From positions 161,944,001-162,008,000 of the forward strand of contig OZ024740.1 of assembly GCA_964016885.1 (NCBI GenBank): 64,000 nucleotides of DNA, read 5' to 3'. This stretch comes from Eledone cirrhosa (Eukaryota). The position numbers and the translations under genes were made by a program. The notes below the pieces were generated by a model, which was not told the origin of the DNA, did not search any database, and saw nothing but the letters and a program-made list of their open reading frames with translations. Positions 14,321 through 27,500 of this stretch are shown here, piece after piece. The number at the start of each line of letters is the position of its first letter. The stretch's first letter is position 1.

Positions 14321-14448
14321 AACAAAAGTCAAGCACAAATATAATATCAAAACTTTGTCACAAGAACATTAAGAGGATACATAATATGGGTGGTTATTAA
14401 TGTTTTTGTGACAAAGTTTTGATCTTATATTTATGTTTGACTTTTATT

Positions 14449-14500
14449 ATCAACTCTGATGATTCCGGCCTTGTGCTAAGATGAAACGATTGTCAGTGAT
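14449..14500 (+). ncRNA. Minimal type I hammerhead ribozyme motif
   Basis: AUCAACU-CUGAUGA-UUCCGGCCUUGUGCUAAGAU-GAAA-CGAUUG-UC-AGUGAU; intact core and GUC site. Confidence 0.7.
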
Positions 14501-15377
14501 TAAATGTTTGAAAGTTTAATCACTCTTTGATTGTCATTTACATTGTATTTCGGCTCAGTATTATATTTGTTTTACATTGAGTTATTTTCATACTTGTAAC
14601 TGGGTAATATTTATTATTACCCACCATATATATATTTATATATAGCTATACTTATATATATATATTTCCCAGACTGAAGTCATGCTGTGGCATTACACAC
14701 GCACATATACATAAATTGTTTGCAAATCATAATATATAATAAAATATATGAATAAATTAGAAGGAAAAAAAACAGAAATTAACTATTTTTTTATGATGGC
14801 AAAGACATTTTTAAGAACTCCACCATAATTAACTTTTGATACCATCCTCCCCAAAACCACACTAATTGAAGGATGACAAACCTCTTGTATTAAAAAATTA
14901 CTATTTAAATTTAAAAAAATCATGTTATGTATGATTATCTTAAGTTATGTAATAAACACTTGCTTTAGTTATTTTACTAAATTCCTTCAAATTGTTGGTC
15001 TTCTTCACTCACTTCACCTGCTTCAGTGGAACTCCACTCACATGTAGACTGCACAGCGCAGGCTTCCTTTAGAGGACAAGTGTTTCAGTGTATGCAATAC
15101 TGATTTTCATTCCCAAAAGTTGACTACAAAATTAACTGTAAAACGTAGGTGGTGTATTTCATCAGAAATATGGTAATGAAAAACTTAATAGGCAAGATGG
15201 ACCAGAACAAATGTATCCTTTCACACCAGTGGCTGAGGGCACCAGCTAAACTTTATCCAACCGTACACTTACTATGTTACTACTTTAAGAAGATCTGTCA
15301 TAAAATCCTCAGCTTCATTCAAATGACATGTAATGGAATAAAATACAAAGGAAATATGAAAATCTCTGGTGACTTAC

Positions 15378-18300
15378 CAATGAGAGAACTGTGAGCATAT
15401 CGAAGTGCATCCATGATAACACTCTCAACAGCATAGTTGCTTTGATAATCTCCACGAGGTGGGTTACGGTTTAAGAAGTTCTGAAGTAAACGTTCAAACT
15501 GACTTGGTAGATGCTGGATTAGTTGATAATGGATGGATTGGGAGTTGAAGTTCATGTAAGTAATCATCAAATCCCGGAGCAGTGGGAAAAGGGGATGGGA
15601 GCGGTAAGCACTAGATTTGTCCATAATGAGATGTTCGATAAAAGCTTCTTGCGAAGACAGCATTGGTGGACGGTGAGAAAACTTACAGTTTGTATTAACC
15701 CCCATGGGGCAGTTTGGATCTCCAGAATGTGGAGGAAACTGCATGTGTTGAAGTCCAGCATTAGGGATCTTGGCCTGAGGTACCATTTGTACAGGTTGCA
15801 TTGAATTTACAGGCTGAGGAGGAACTTGATGATTCATATTTGCCCCTCTCCCCATATCTACTGGCCAGTTACCCTGGGGACATGCCTGTGGGGGCATGTT
15901 GCCATTTAGTATGTTTGGATGATGGTGAGGGCCTAAATGATTAGATGGAAAATCCATCCCTGATCTGTTTCTGATTTCCATGTTGTGTGACATGTTGGGA
16001 TTTGAAATGGAATGAGGTGGTAGAGATGCTTGAACACACTGTGATGGTGGTCGGACAGCACCCCGGGAACACATGTAACGGGAGTTCGGATGATGCATTT
16101 GAAGAGAATTGTTCATATTCATAGGAGGATATCCTTGTTGTTGCTGTAGGTGTTGCTGCTGTTGTTGCTGTTGTGACCATGACTGAGCTGGCAATTGATT
16201 CTCTGATGTCAAGTGAGCATCATGCATAAAAGGTTGTTTTTGAGCATTGTACCCTTGACTATCAGGATCTTGTTTAAATGGCTGTTTCATAACTGTTGCT
16301 AACTGGTTAGGCATGCCAGGGTAACCCCCAACATGCTCAGGATTGTGTTGCAAATGCTGGTTAGTTTCCAGTCCTTTTGGTAAACAGGCACTTTGATAAG
16401 CTGGTCCTGAATGGGCCATTGTTTGTTGCATTGCCTGACCCATTTCATTACTTCTGTAATTAGTGAAAGAATTATTAGGGGAGGGTTGAGGGGGGATGTT
16501 AGAGGAATGAGAATTAGATGAAGGAAATTCAGAATTTGTCATGATACAACTACCATTTGGTTGGCCAGTGTAATCTGAGTTACCATAGTTACTAACTCTT
16601 TGGCAAGGGTTCTGATTATTTTCAGAATTCAGAGATTCTTTACCAAAGTTAGTGGGAAAATCCACGGCTGTATTAGTATTGTCCAAGCCTGATTGATCAG
16701 AAGAGGGTACACCTTGAGAAAATTCGTGATAAGGGTTAATTGTGGCCTGTCCATTGTTACTAGGCACTGTGTAGGGAGCCACATCTTTACTATGATTGAG
16801 TCGTGGAAGTATTTTCGATTGAACTGATTTCTGTGATGGATCTGATGTACAAGTTGACATATTTGTGGACATATTAAACCCATATTGCTGCATACAACCT
16901 CCTTGGTGAGGTGTCTGTTTGTTGCAGGAAGCATATACATTGGCTTGTTGCTGGGAAGAATATTGCTTCATGTTAGACATATGTTCTCTTTGATTTTGGT
17001 TCATTGCTCCACCAGGTAGCATCATGTTGTTTTCTGTTTTCACAGCCATATCCGTCCTGTTATACATCATTTGCTGTGGATGATGATGCTGTTGTGAAGG
17101 CTCTGTTTTGATGGTCAAGCTATCTTGTGATGATAACATGTCATTACTTTGGCACACTGAAGACTGCGAACTATAACTTTTTACACTTGCTGCATCCCCA
17201 GAGAAGTATCCCTGATCAAGGGGCGACTCTAAAGTCCTGCCATTGTTACCCTTTTGTAAAGCAGCCAACTGCTGGTCCTCATACTTAAAGTTGCAGTTTG
17301 ACATGGGCCTCATTGACTGCTGGTGTAAACAATCTGCATGTGATAGTTTCGCAGTGTTGTTGAAGTTGTGGTGATTGTTCAGCATTTTCAAGTGGTGTTG
17401 CATATTTTGGACATTGACCACGGGAGGCGAGGGACGGCCGTATTTGTTCTGGGGCTGTAAAGCGTAGGCTGAATTATGTTGACGATACATATCAGGTTTC
17501 CCAGGAGAAGCATGTCCAGGATTCTGAGACTGAGGGCAGTTATTGTTATTATTATTACTATTATGGTGATGTATATCATTACTGCTGCCAATACCCACCA
17601 TATTGTATTTCGAAGATGTGAGATTGTGGTTCATAATTTTGGGTGGGCCTTCAGCAAAGGTTACTGTTCGAGTATGAAAGTTAGAGTTTTCTCCTGATGA
17701 AGGTGTAGAGCAATGTGGATGATGTTGATGAGAGCCACCACAACAGCTATGTGCCACTGATGAAGACATGTAAGAAGAGGAAGAGGAGGAATGCATGCAG
17801 TTGGTGGGAGTGGTTTGTTGTTGATTTTGAGGCATTGGGTGATAGTTATTGTGTTTATTAGTGGAATTTGATGAAACTGATGAGGCTAGTTGCGTTGGGG
17901 CGCAAGGAGCTTTGAAGCCTTGCTCCGACTGCATATGAGGAGGTGCACTGACTGCTTTACCAATGTAAGACTGTGAAGATCTAGCATGATACATTGGCTT
18001 CCCAGACATATGTCGAGGCAGTGTGGAAGACCCGTTATTCATGAGCGGATAATGGGAGCTACTCATATGTTGAACGTTCTCCTTACCGATTGGCATCGAT
18101 AAGTTTGGCATCATTGGACCTTTCATTCCTATTCCAATATCTGGTGTTCTATGGATTTGGTGAGGGATATCCACAGAGTTACAGTAGTTTTCATTTGTTT
18201 GCATATTGTTCATCTGTGATGTCTGGTCCATCATGTAGTCAATTAAGTCGATGTCCATACTGTCCTTTATGCCCATATCCTCACAGATTTCCTCCAGCAG

Positions 18301-18447
18301 TTCATTTGGAAGACGTTCATCATCCATTTCTTCTGGAACAGGAGACGCTGGAGTAGTAGGAGAACTGAGAGCATCCAAACCAGATGCTGATACTGAAGTG
18401 ACACTTGATGTTGATGGGCTGGGAGGTGCATCACGGTATTCCATCAA
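15378..18447 (-). CDS. Giant coding exon of a putative TALE-class (MEIS/PKNOX-like) transcription factor: long low-complexity region plus C-terminal MEINOX-like domain; partial gene
   Basis: Stop-free ORF of 1054 aa. It is bounded by an acceptor (ttttctatatttcag|TTG ATG GAA, ATG at 18444) and a donor (CTC ATT G|gtaagt, phase 1). The end DKSSAYRSHPLFPLLRDL...YQSNYAVESVIMDALRYAH aligns by eye with MEIS HM1/HM2 (DKDAIYGHPLFPLLAL...[21 protein letters not shown]). Coding status is secure; the family call is less so. Confidence 0.85.
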
Positions 18448-20528
18448 CTGAAATATAGAAAAATATAAATATATGAAAATCAAATAAAAGATTCGAAATT
18501 GGAATTTTCTTATGGAAGGAAAGAAGAGTAGTTACAAAATATATGTGAAACAAAAGAGGGTACATATATGTGGTTTATTCGATCTGCTAGAAATAGCAAA
18601 ATTGTTTTGCAAGCTATGACCACAAACCAAGCATTGGCATGTAGATGTTGGAATTAGAATATACACTTGCAAAACTTTAAGACAAGGTGGAGATAGGAGT
18701 AGGGGGAAATTTGGGGGAACTTTAAGGCAACCAATGTGTACAGGTGTACTGTATCAAAGTTATATTCATGATTTAATGATTCATATTCCATATTGTTTAC
18801 TTTAGAAGTGAACATTTTTTCTCTAGTCTAATCAATGCTACATAACAATAACTGAGACATATTTTTTCTATTACTCTTAGTATTCTATTTTTTTTTGTAT
18901 ATTTGTTTGCCACCTCCCCCCTTCCATTCGTGTGTTTTTCAGAGATTTTAAAATTTAAATTTTTGGGGGGCTCACTATGTCAGAAAGACTGAAAATATTC
19001 TAGAAAACACAACTGAAGTTATTGATTGAAAAGCTTTTAAAAGAAATGGCTGAGTACAAGTATGTGAATAGGAGGAGAGAGAAAATAGGAACTCCCAGAG
19101 AATGAGTAAAATATGAACTACCATCATAATCAAGCAGAAAATAAATAGAATGGAAATATGGATAGCATAAGGAAGAGGAGGAGGGTAAGTTTATGGAACA
19201 TTAGAAGCAAGTTGAACTGAATGAAAATAGGAAGGGTAGAGGAGTGAGGGGTAGGGGCAAATAAAACATGATATAAATAAACAAAGGATAGAGAGATGGA
19301 GAGAGAAAAAGAAAAAAGGTAGCATGAAATCATGTGAGGGAAGTATTTACAAATAATGAAACAAAATCAAGATGAAAGAGGAAAGCTGGCAAAGTAGGTA
19401 AAAGCTGGAATGATTCAGCAAGAATTCTTGGTATTTAAGAAAAAAATATCTGGCAAGTTTATTGAAAATACCTGGCCAAGAAGTGTTGTTAACAGAAACT
19501 TATTTTTTCTTCATCTTATAAAGAATAAGAACAATAACAAGACATCAAGGCAAAGCTTGTTCTTCAGCAAATTGGAACTACATACAAGTAGTGAGTATTT
19601 AATACCAACTGGGGTGGGTTGGGATAAGAAACATAATTTTTTTTTTTTTAAATTAAATACGACAAACAAAATATTAAGAAAATCAACAAGCAATTAACTC
19701 TTAACGTCCTGTACCAAATGAAACTGCACTGACAATCGTCCTATACCAAATAAGACTACACTAGCACTATATTTTTGAAAAGTACAAAACAGAACTATGA
19801 ATGCATCACATTGAAAATTTACCTTCATTTTAGTTTACTGCAAATTTTCCATCAGCAAAGACACTATACATATTTGAATTAACGATCATCATCATCATCA
19901 TCAAATATGGTTGTTATTTTTATGTCTGTTTTTCCATGGATGGATGGGTCTTTTTTGAGACAGTATTCTATGATTGTATCCTTACTGACAACTCCTATAT
20001 GTTTCTAAGGAAGGTATTTCTACTAATCTTCACATGTATCCTTAATGAAATTCCCAAGATGAATCAGCAATGGGTGTCAAGGCTGGACAACCTCTGGATT
20101 ACAGATACAAGTCATTTGACAGGCTTCCAATTCCTGTCTACATTAGGTTTAAGCTGACTCAAGGCTTTGGTAAAAAACACTTGACCAAGATGCCACAAAG
20201 TTGAATCAAACCTAGGACCTCATGATTGCAAAGCAAACTTCTTAACTACTCAGCCAAGGTTACATCCATGAACATACTACATGTTCCACATAACTTATCC
20301 AATTTAATCTACATGTTGATATTCACTACAAGCATTTTATGGTGAGATTTGTTCAGTGAACTAATTATGTGTGATTCACTCATTACTTAGCTGTTGCAGT
20401 TTAGCTGCACATCAGTTATGATCAAGTAACTATGTAGAGGCTCCCTCATTGGTTAGAATTAGGTGCTATGTGTGAGAGTGTTTAACTGCAATAGACAAGC
20501 ACCTAAAAGTTCTTTGTGTCTGATTGGT

Positions 20529-20963
20529 TTAACCCTTTTGATACCAAACCATCTGAAATCATCTATGATACAAAACTGTTTTAAAGTATTTATATTTATC
20601 TAAAAACCTTCTATCATAATTTTGAAAATAATCAAGAATTTGGAAAGATTTAGAAATAAAATTAATTTTCTTATTATTAAGCTTGTGTTTGGGGTATAAT
20701 TTAAAAAAGCTCCATACAGAAAATTATGGTGGAAGTCTTTTAGATAAATATAAACACTTTAAAATAAACAACTATGTATTATAGAACTAGGGGCAATTTC
20801 AGGCAGTTTGGTATGAAAAGGGTTAAATTATGTTCCAAATACTAACTTAATAATAAGAAAGTTAGTTATTTAGTAAACCCCTCTAAATTCTTGATTATTT
20901 TCAAAATTCTTTGTAAATCCCAGGTAATGTTTTTCACTAGAAATATGGTAATGAAAGGGTTAA
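20529..20963. mobile_element. piggyBac-type MITE family D with an inverted partial copy nested inside
   Basis: Ends TTAACCCTTTTGATACC...GTAATGAAAGGGTTAA. An internal reversed copy spans about 20620-20826. Confidence 0.6.
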
Positions 20964-22196
20964 CTGAATCAGAACTATGAAACACTAGACATTTATTATT
21001 GTTTTATTAATTTACAATTTTGCTGGCCTCTCTCAATCAATGCACTCCAGCCAATCTGGGGCACTGTTTTCATGGGCTTATTTTACTAATCCTAATAAAT
21101 TGAATGGTCAAATTTACCACAGTTATATATATATATATATATTTTTAAAACATTAGTCATACACTCTACTATCTTTAATTATTGTGACCCTATTTTAATA
21201 AAATACATTGCCTGTGATTTTCAAATAATTTTGAAAATAACCAAGGATGTGTAGTCATTTAATAATACAACTTTCTCATCATTAAGCTGGTGTTTGAAGA
21301 TAATTTAACTAAGTTTCTTACATGGGAAGATTTTGAAATAAATATAAAGACTTTAAAATATATAATTTTGTATCACTTCAGGCAATTTGGCACAAAAAAG
21401 GCTTAAACAAAAGGAAGAGCACATGTAATCCTAGAGAATGCCTTTGATGATAGGTCTGCTTGATCAGGCTGAACTAGAGACAACAATCAAGTCTAAATGC
21501 TACTCTTCCAGAGCAACAAAATGCACTTCCTTGTTTTCATTAATGAAATTATACTACTACTACTATTACTACTACTACCACCACCACTACTACTGCAAAG
21601 CAACATAATTTGCTTCTTTGTTTTGGTTAATGAAATTATTCTTTCTTTCTCTTGTTATTTTTTTTTAGTAGTAAAAAAAAATAAAAGTAAAAACATTAAT
21701 GAATTGAAAAATATTAAATAATATATTTGAAAACATATTTCATTTTGTAACTTTATCTAGAATTAAGACTAGTTTTTTATACTATTTACTTAATAATAAT
21801 GTTTACATTACTGTCTCCTAATAACTTTATTATTACATAAACACATGCGTGCACATATACACACATATTTGCACTCACATATACAGACAATACACTTATA
21901 TATGTATATAAATATGATAAATTATGTCCATCACTAAAATGTATATACATATACATTTGGGTGGTGGACATAATTTATCACCTAATCTCAAGGCACCACA
22001 AAATTCTTGGGTGACTTAAGTGGAATTCATTCTGTAGGAATGATTCAGACCAGGTTTGTGGTCTATTTGAGTATATCTTCCTTTCTCCATCCCACCAATT
22101 TCCTCCCTGACTAAACAATTAAACAAAAAAATAAAATAAAATAAAAATGGAAGTGAACCTGCAGTAAGAACAAAGAAGAGACTTATGAGAGAATAT

Positions 22197-22384
22197 GTGG
22201 GTTGGCAGTATCGGTAGAGGGTCGGATGCCATGCTTTGACGCATAGAGTTACGGCCCTTGCCATTCTGAGTTCAAATCCCGCCGAGGTTAACTTTGCCTT
22301 TCATCCTTACGGGGTCGATAAAATAAAGTACTAGTAATGCACTGGGTAATTGCTGGCCTTGTGCCTAAAGTAGAAACAATTATT
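22197..22384 (+). mobile_element. SINE family A
   Basis: High similarity to 143-333. Confidence 0.85.
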
Positions 22385-22883
22385 GTTTGTTAATTTTGGT
22401 AACATTTTAAATGAATGGACTGCCTAAAAGCTTGAACTGAGTGAGACATTTAGCAGGAACATAAGACAATTTGATCAGCTAGCAAACAATTTACTGACAT
22501 TCAATCTCAAATCATAACTGCTGGTGTACAGAATGAATTATGTATATGTGTGTGTATGTGTGTGTGTATGTATGTATGTAGTGTTATATCAGAGTTTTCC
22601 TTCTCCTAGAATTCTGCCTTGACAAAGGCTAAGGGGTCATCTGTCCCGGTGATTTTGGATGGCCAGGCATTGCTTTATATCTGGAGATCTCTCTGCACTT
22701 GTCGTCACATGGTACCATGGGCCCAGCACTATGTGTCAATAATTGTCACAGGTGTAGTGTTTGTACCAGAGTTTTCAAGTCGCTGGCTGGACTAAAAAGT
22801 CACACTCGTTCAGCGCATCGGTAGGGGTTCTCCTACATGGATATAAAGTAGTGGCTGTACTCGAAAAAGAGTTGGTAGCCACC

Positions 22884-22884
<1 letters not shown>

Positions 22885-22914
<30 letters not shown>

Positions 22915-23044
22915 TGTATGTATGTATGTATGTATGTATGCATGCATGCATGCATGCATGCATGCATGCATGCATGTATGTATGTATGTATGTATGTATG
23001 TATGTATGTATGTATGTATGTATGTATGTATGTATGTATGTATG

Positions 23045-23090
<46 letters not shown>
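22885..23090. repeat. Compound (TATG)n(CATG)n(TATG)n(AG)n microsatellite
   Basis: Directly visible; it explains the overlapping spurious ORFs. Confidence 0.95.
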
Positions 23091-23097
<7 letters not shown>

Positions 23098-23793
23098 AAA
23101 TTGGGAATAGCACGGAAAATATATTTAAGGGTCTGTTTTTCGTTTTTTTCCTTTCTTTGATTCGTCAAAGTGACATTTTTGAAAAAATGAGAGGGACAAT
23201 TCTTTTAAAAAAGAGTTTCATAATCTAAACTATAATAAAGTGAGGAGTGCGGGACAGCGTCCAAAATATATTTTTTATCCCGTTTGTAAAATAAGTTACT
23301 TTGAATAAATTATTTTGTTGGTTAATTTAAGATTCACTTATTTAAAATTTTCAAATGTCAACACTTCCAGTTAGCGATTGCTTAAATAAACATTCATATA
23401 TTTCCGTCACTAATTTTCTCCTAATGCAGTTTATATATAATATCGTCTTTTTTTAAATTAGCATGGATTATGTTACTGATTACATAAGACAATGTAACGC
23501 AGTCTTCGTTCAATTTCTGTGGATATTGTCAATTACGATTTTATTTGTTGTATCATATCTACATGCATATACACTTGCGTATAATATCAATATACACACT
23601 ACACTTGCTAGCAGAAAACCACCCGAAGGGTGGTTTTTCTGCTAGTGTATATAAAGTATAACTGGTTTCGATGTATTATTAAAATTCATCTTATCAAATG
23701 TTGAGTACTATAATAAAAAACTAAAAATTAAAGATTTAAAATTAAGTGTTGAGGCAAGTTTTTTTTCATCTTCCTTGTTGAGAAGGAGACTGG

Positions 23794-23824
<31 letters not shown>

Positions 23825-24360
23825 TATGCTTCTAATGCATCCACCATTATATCAATCTAAATTCTAAATTCTAAATATATGTGTGTGTGTATAAAATCAT
23901 CATCATTTTTACGCATATATATACACATGTGTGTATGTATCTTTGTGTGCATGTATATATGTACATATATGAATTCAAATTTGAATAAATAAATAAAAAT
24001 ATCCTTCCAATCCTAACAAGTCAATTAAATTAACTAACATTTCATAAACGTTGACATGGCAAAAATTGCAACATTCGCAAAGAGAACAGTTATTTTCTTA
24101 TCACAGCTGTTGCACTCATATATGGGAGGAACCAAAGCCATCTGATATTAGAATTTAAAATAAAAAAATAAATAAATAGAATATTGTTTTCAATCAGAAA
24201 TTTAGAGATGAATAGTTTTCCAAAACTTATTCATTGTGGAAGTTTCTATATCACAGAGAGAATTTTTTCCCAGTACCTAACATATTTTGTATAGAGAATA
24301 CAGACATAGCTGTGTTAAGAATTTCCCATATGATCGAATTCCATATATGTGTGTGTCATA

Positions 24361-24580
24361 GGGCGGTGGATTGGCAGTATGAGTAGTGTGTCGGATAACA
24401 TCTATTGCGGCATATAGTTACGGTTCTTTACGTTCTGAGTTCAAATCCCATCGAGGTTAGCTTTGCTTTTCATCCTTATAGGGTCAATAAAATAAAGTAC
24501 CAGTAATGCACTGGGGTCGATTTAATCAACTTTTCCCTCCCAAACATTCCAAAATGATTGGCCTTGTGTCTAAATCAGAA
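24361..24580 (+). mobile_element. SINE family A, longer and older variant
   Basis: Same head and central domain, with an extra internal segment before GGCCTTGTG. Confidence 0.75.
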
Positions 24581-27500
24581 ATGATGTGTGAGTGTGTGCA
24601 TGTGCACGCATGTATGTGTGTATTGGTAAGGAAGCTGATACACCAAAGTGTTAAAACAAAATACCTTCTAGTATTTATTCTACTGCAGGCACTTCTTTCA
24701 CACAATGAACCAGTAATTAGCTTGTTGGAAACCTATAACCAATTACACTATTGTTCACAAGATGCAGGGTAAAAAAAAGGAACAATAATAATGAGAATAG
24801 TATTATCAAGCTGGTTTAAACTTTTTGATAGCCTGATGTAGTATTAAATCTTTTATGTCTAAGTGTGAGTAGCTAGTGTTATCTGATGTAGTGTAGGTAC
24901 TCTTCAGAGAAGCTTGAACAGTCTTAAGCATTTAACCCTATGTTGGCAGAGGAGGAGTGGAGGAGGGACTGAAGAAATGAAGGTCTCAATCTAGTCTGAT
25001 AGGATAGTGTTAAAAACATTCCTTGTGTCAAGAAGAGATAGGAAAAGGGTCAGCTCTTCTGTATCCCCATTTCCTCCTATGAACTACTTCAAATTGACAA
25101 ACACTTCTCTAATAACTCCATCAATCTCTCTTGAAGTCATATGAACACAATATGGCCAAGAAAGAGTAGAAAATTTAGGTTATTTTTTTTATAGCTTAGT
25201 CAGGAGGGAAAGGCAGAGCTCATGACCCTTCCCCAGAGCTTCTAAAAGTAGTGGGAGTGAGGGGGAAGGTCAAGATGTCTTCAAACCTGAGACTTGGCCA
25301 TAATGTTTACAACAAAGTAGACTCTGCCAAAGTAACCTAATGGCCAGATTTATTTTAAAGGCCAAAATTAGTTTGACCTTATTGAAATTAGAAGATTTGT
25401 GCTAATTTTTTAAAAATTATTTAGTCAGGAAGAGCAATGACCATGGCACTTTTCATGGAACTTAACAACAAGTGGGAGGAAGGACGGTATATGTAAACCA
25501 GAGACCTGGTCTGAATGCTTACAATAGAATGGGATTCTATTAAAGGCATGAAAGGCCAAGTTTATTTTAAAAGACAAAAATTAATTTTGCCTTGTTGAAA
25601 TTATAATCCAAATTCTAAATATATAATCCGAGAACCATACATCATTTCCTGTACAATTTATTCAAATTCAGATGTTACCATCGAGACAGATTTTCAGAAA
25701 AAAAAAAATCGATATCTCTTATAGTACATTTAATCTGTCACTTTGATTGCTGTTGTTTAGCTCCAGGTCAGCTCTGATTAAGTAAGGACTATGATAGAAA
25801 GTCATTCAAACCACGACCATCCTGTCTGTTTTGATTTATTAAACAAATAACAGTATTTAGGACTACATTATGAAATGTGTTCTCTTGGATTTTTCTTAAG
25901 ACAGTAGGTTGTAATTTCAGGGTGATTTAGCTGCTATTTCTAGCATGTCAAAATACAAAATATAGGCACAAGTGGAAGACATTAAACAAATGAAAAGAAA
26001 AAAAAAACCTCAGTACATCATGTTAAAAGAAAATTATCCCTAGTTTTTGCTGCCTATGGAGAAAGAAATAAAACCAAACTTCTCTTCATGATACACATAT
26101 TTTAGCCAGAAGGAAGAAGTGCATTCCATTCCATAGTCTCTTGCCAGTATGTGAGGTGAGAGGTAGATGGATAGGGATAGTAGCTGTGGAGATGTTAATC
26201 TACATAGATGTTGTTGATCATCACTGGACATACTTTTTTCTACAAGTATATGCAACAAAGCACTTTAATGCTTCTGAATTATAAAATCATTAACACACAC
26301 TTCCTACACTCACACACAGACATGTACTTGCTCAAGCAGAAAGAAAAAAAATAATATCAAAATACTATATAAAGAAAAGAAGGGAGGAAAAAGGCAACAT
26401 TAAATTAGTTGAAAAATACTTTTGGCTTTACAAAGGGCTTCTAAGTCTTTTTTGTTCTTATACTTATATTTTTATATATTTTTTCACTTTAATGAATAAT
26501 AAGCTTCTTTTTCTATATTAGATAAGTTTAGAAAATACAAAAGGTCTCCAAATATCTTTTGAGACCTCCCATGAAGTTATAACCGTATCTTTCAAGCACA
26601 AAGTATAAAATAAATATAAGCTATCATTATATCAGCAGGAAGACTTAAGAGAGTAGGTTACTTTACTGTTTTAATTGTTTTTTTTTGTTTTTTTTTTTGT
26701 TTTATTGATTATTTGCTGAGAGCAATGTATATCAAGAGTTCATATTGAAGTCAACCATTTTTTAAAAATAGAATTCTTTCTGATCTATATTTTTAAGGAA
26801 CTCAAGATTAAACCTTTCCCTAACATATTTCTAATGAAAGACACTCCTAATTTGTTTCAATTATTTTGAAAAATAATCAAAAAGTCAGAATAATATATCT
26901 AACTTTCTCATTATTAAGTTGCTGTCTGGAACATAACTTAAGAATGTCTTGCATGAAATTATGACGGGAGACTTTTAGATAAATATAAACACTAAAATAA
27001 ACAGCTTAGTATAATAGAACCAAGTATGCTTTCAGGCAGTTTAGTATCAAAAGTGTTAATTTCTTATTCATATTTTTTATTGAGATGGCAGTAAATTGGC
27101 AGAGTTGTTAGAATATAGGAAGGCTTGCTTGTCTCTTCCAAATTAAACAATAAAAAACAAACAAAAAACTAAAAAAAAAAAAACATTCTTATTGAGATGG
27201 ATGTCAGTTTGCAGTATTTGAACTAAATACTGATCAGTACTTGTTCTGGTTCTCTGTACCATGATGTCAAATCTTACTGCGGTCAATTTTACCTTTCATT
27301 TTGTTGAGATCAATAAAATATGGTACAGGTTCTGGCAGAGTGGTTAAAGTATAGGACAAAATGCCTTGCAGTATTTATTCCAGTTCTCTACATTTTGAGT
27401 TTCAATCTTGCATACATCAATATGGTCCTTTTATTTCTTTCGAGATTAAAATAAAGTACCACTCCAGGATGGGGGATTTAAAGAATTATCTTAGGATCAG

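Larger units (their letters stand above)
14236..14533. mobile_element. Penelope-like element pseudo-LTR remnant: ~137-bp inverted repeat with a hammerhead motif in each arm
   Basis: Arms 14236-14372 and 14397-14533 are reverse complements around a 24-bp spacer. Both carry hammerhead cores. Confidence 0.7.

Noticed and set aside
15041-15123. Candidate next exon (tttgtag|...|gtgagt) just after the giant exon
   Set aside because: In the required phase 1 it hits TGA after five codons, and it has no homeodomain similarity.
17200-17217. DQGYFS resembling a beta-TrCP DSGxxS degron
   Set aside because: It lacks the first serine, and short motif matches in disordered sequence are uninformative.
15149-18451. 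Short ORFs overlapping the giant exon in other frames or on the other strand
   Set aside because: Shadow ORFs of a GC-richer coding exon, with no independent evidence.
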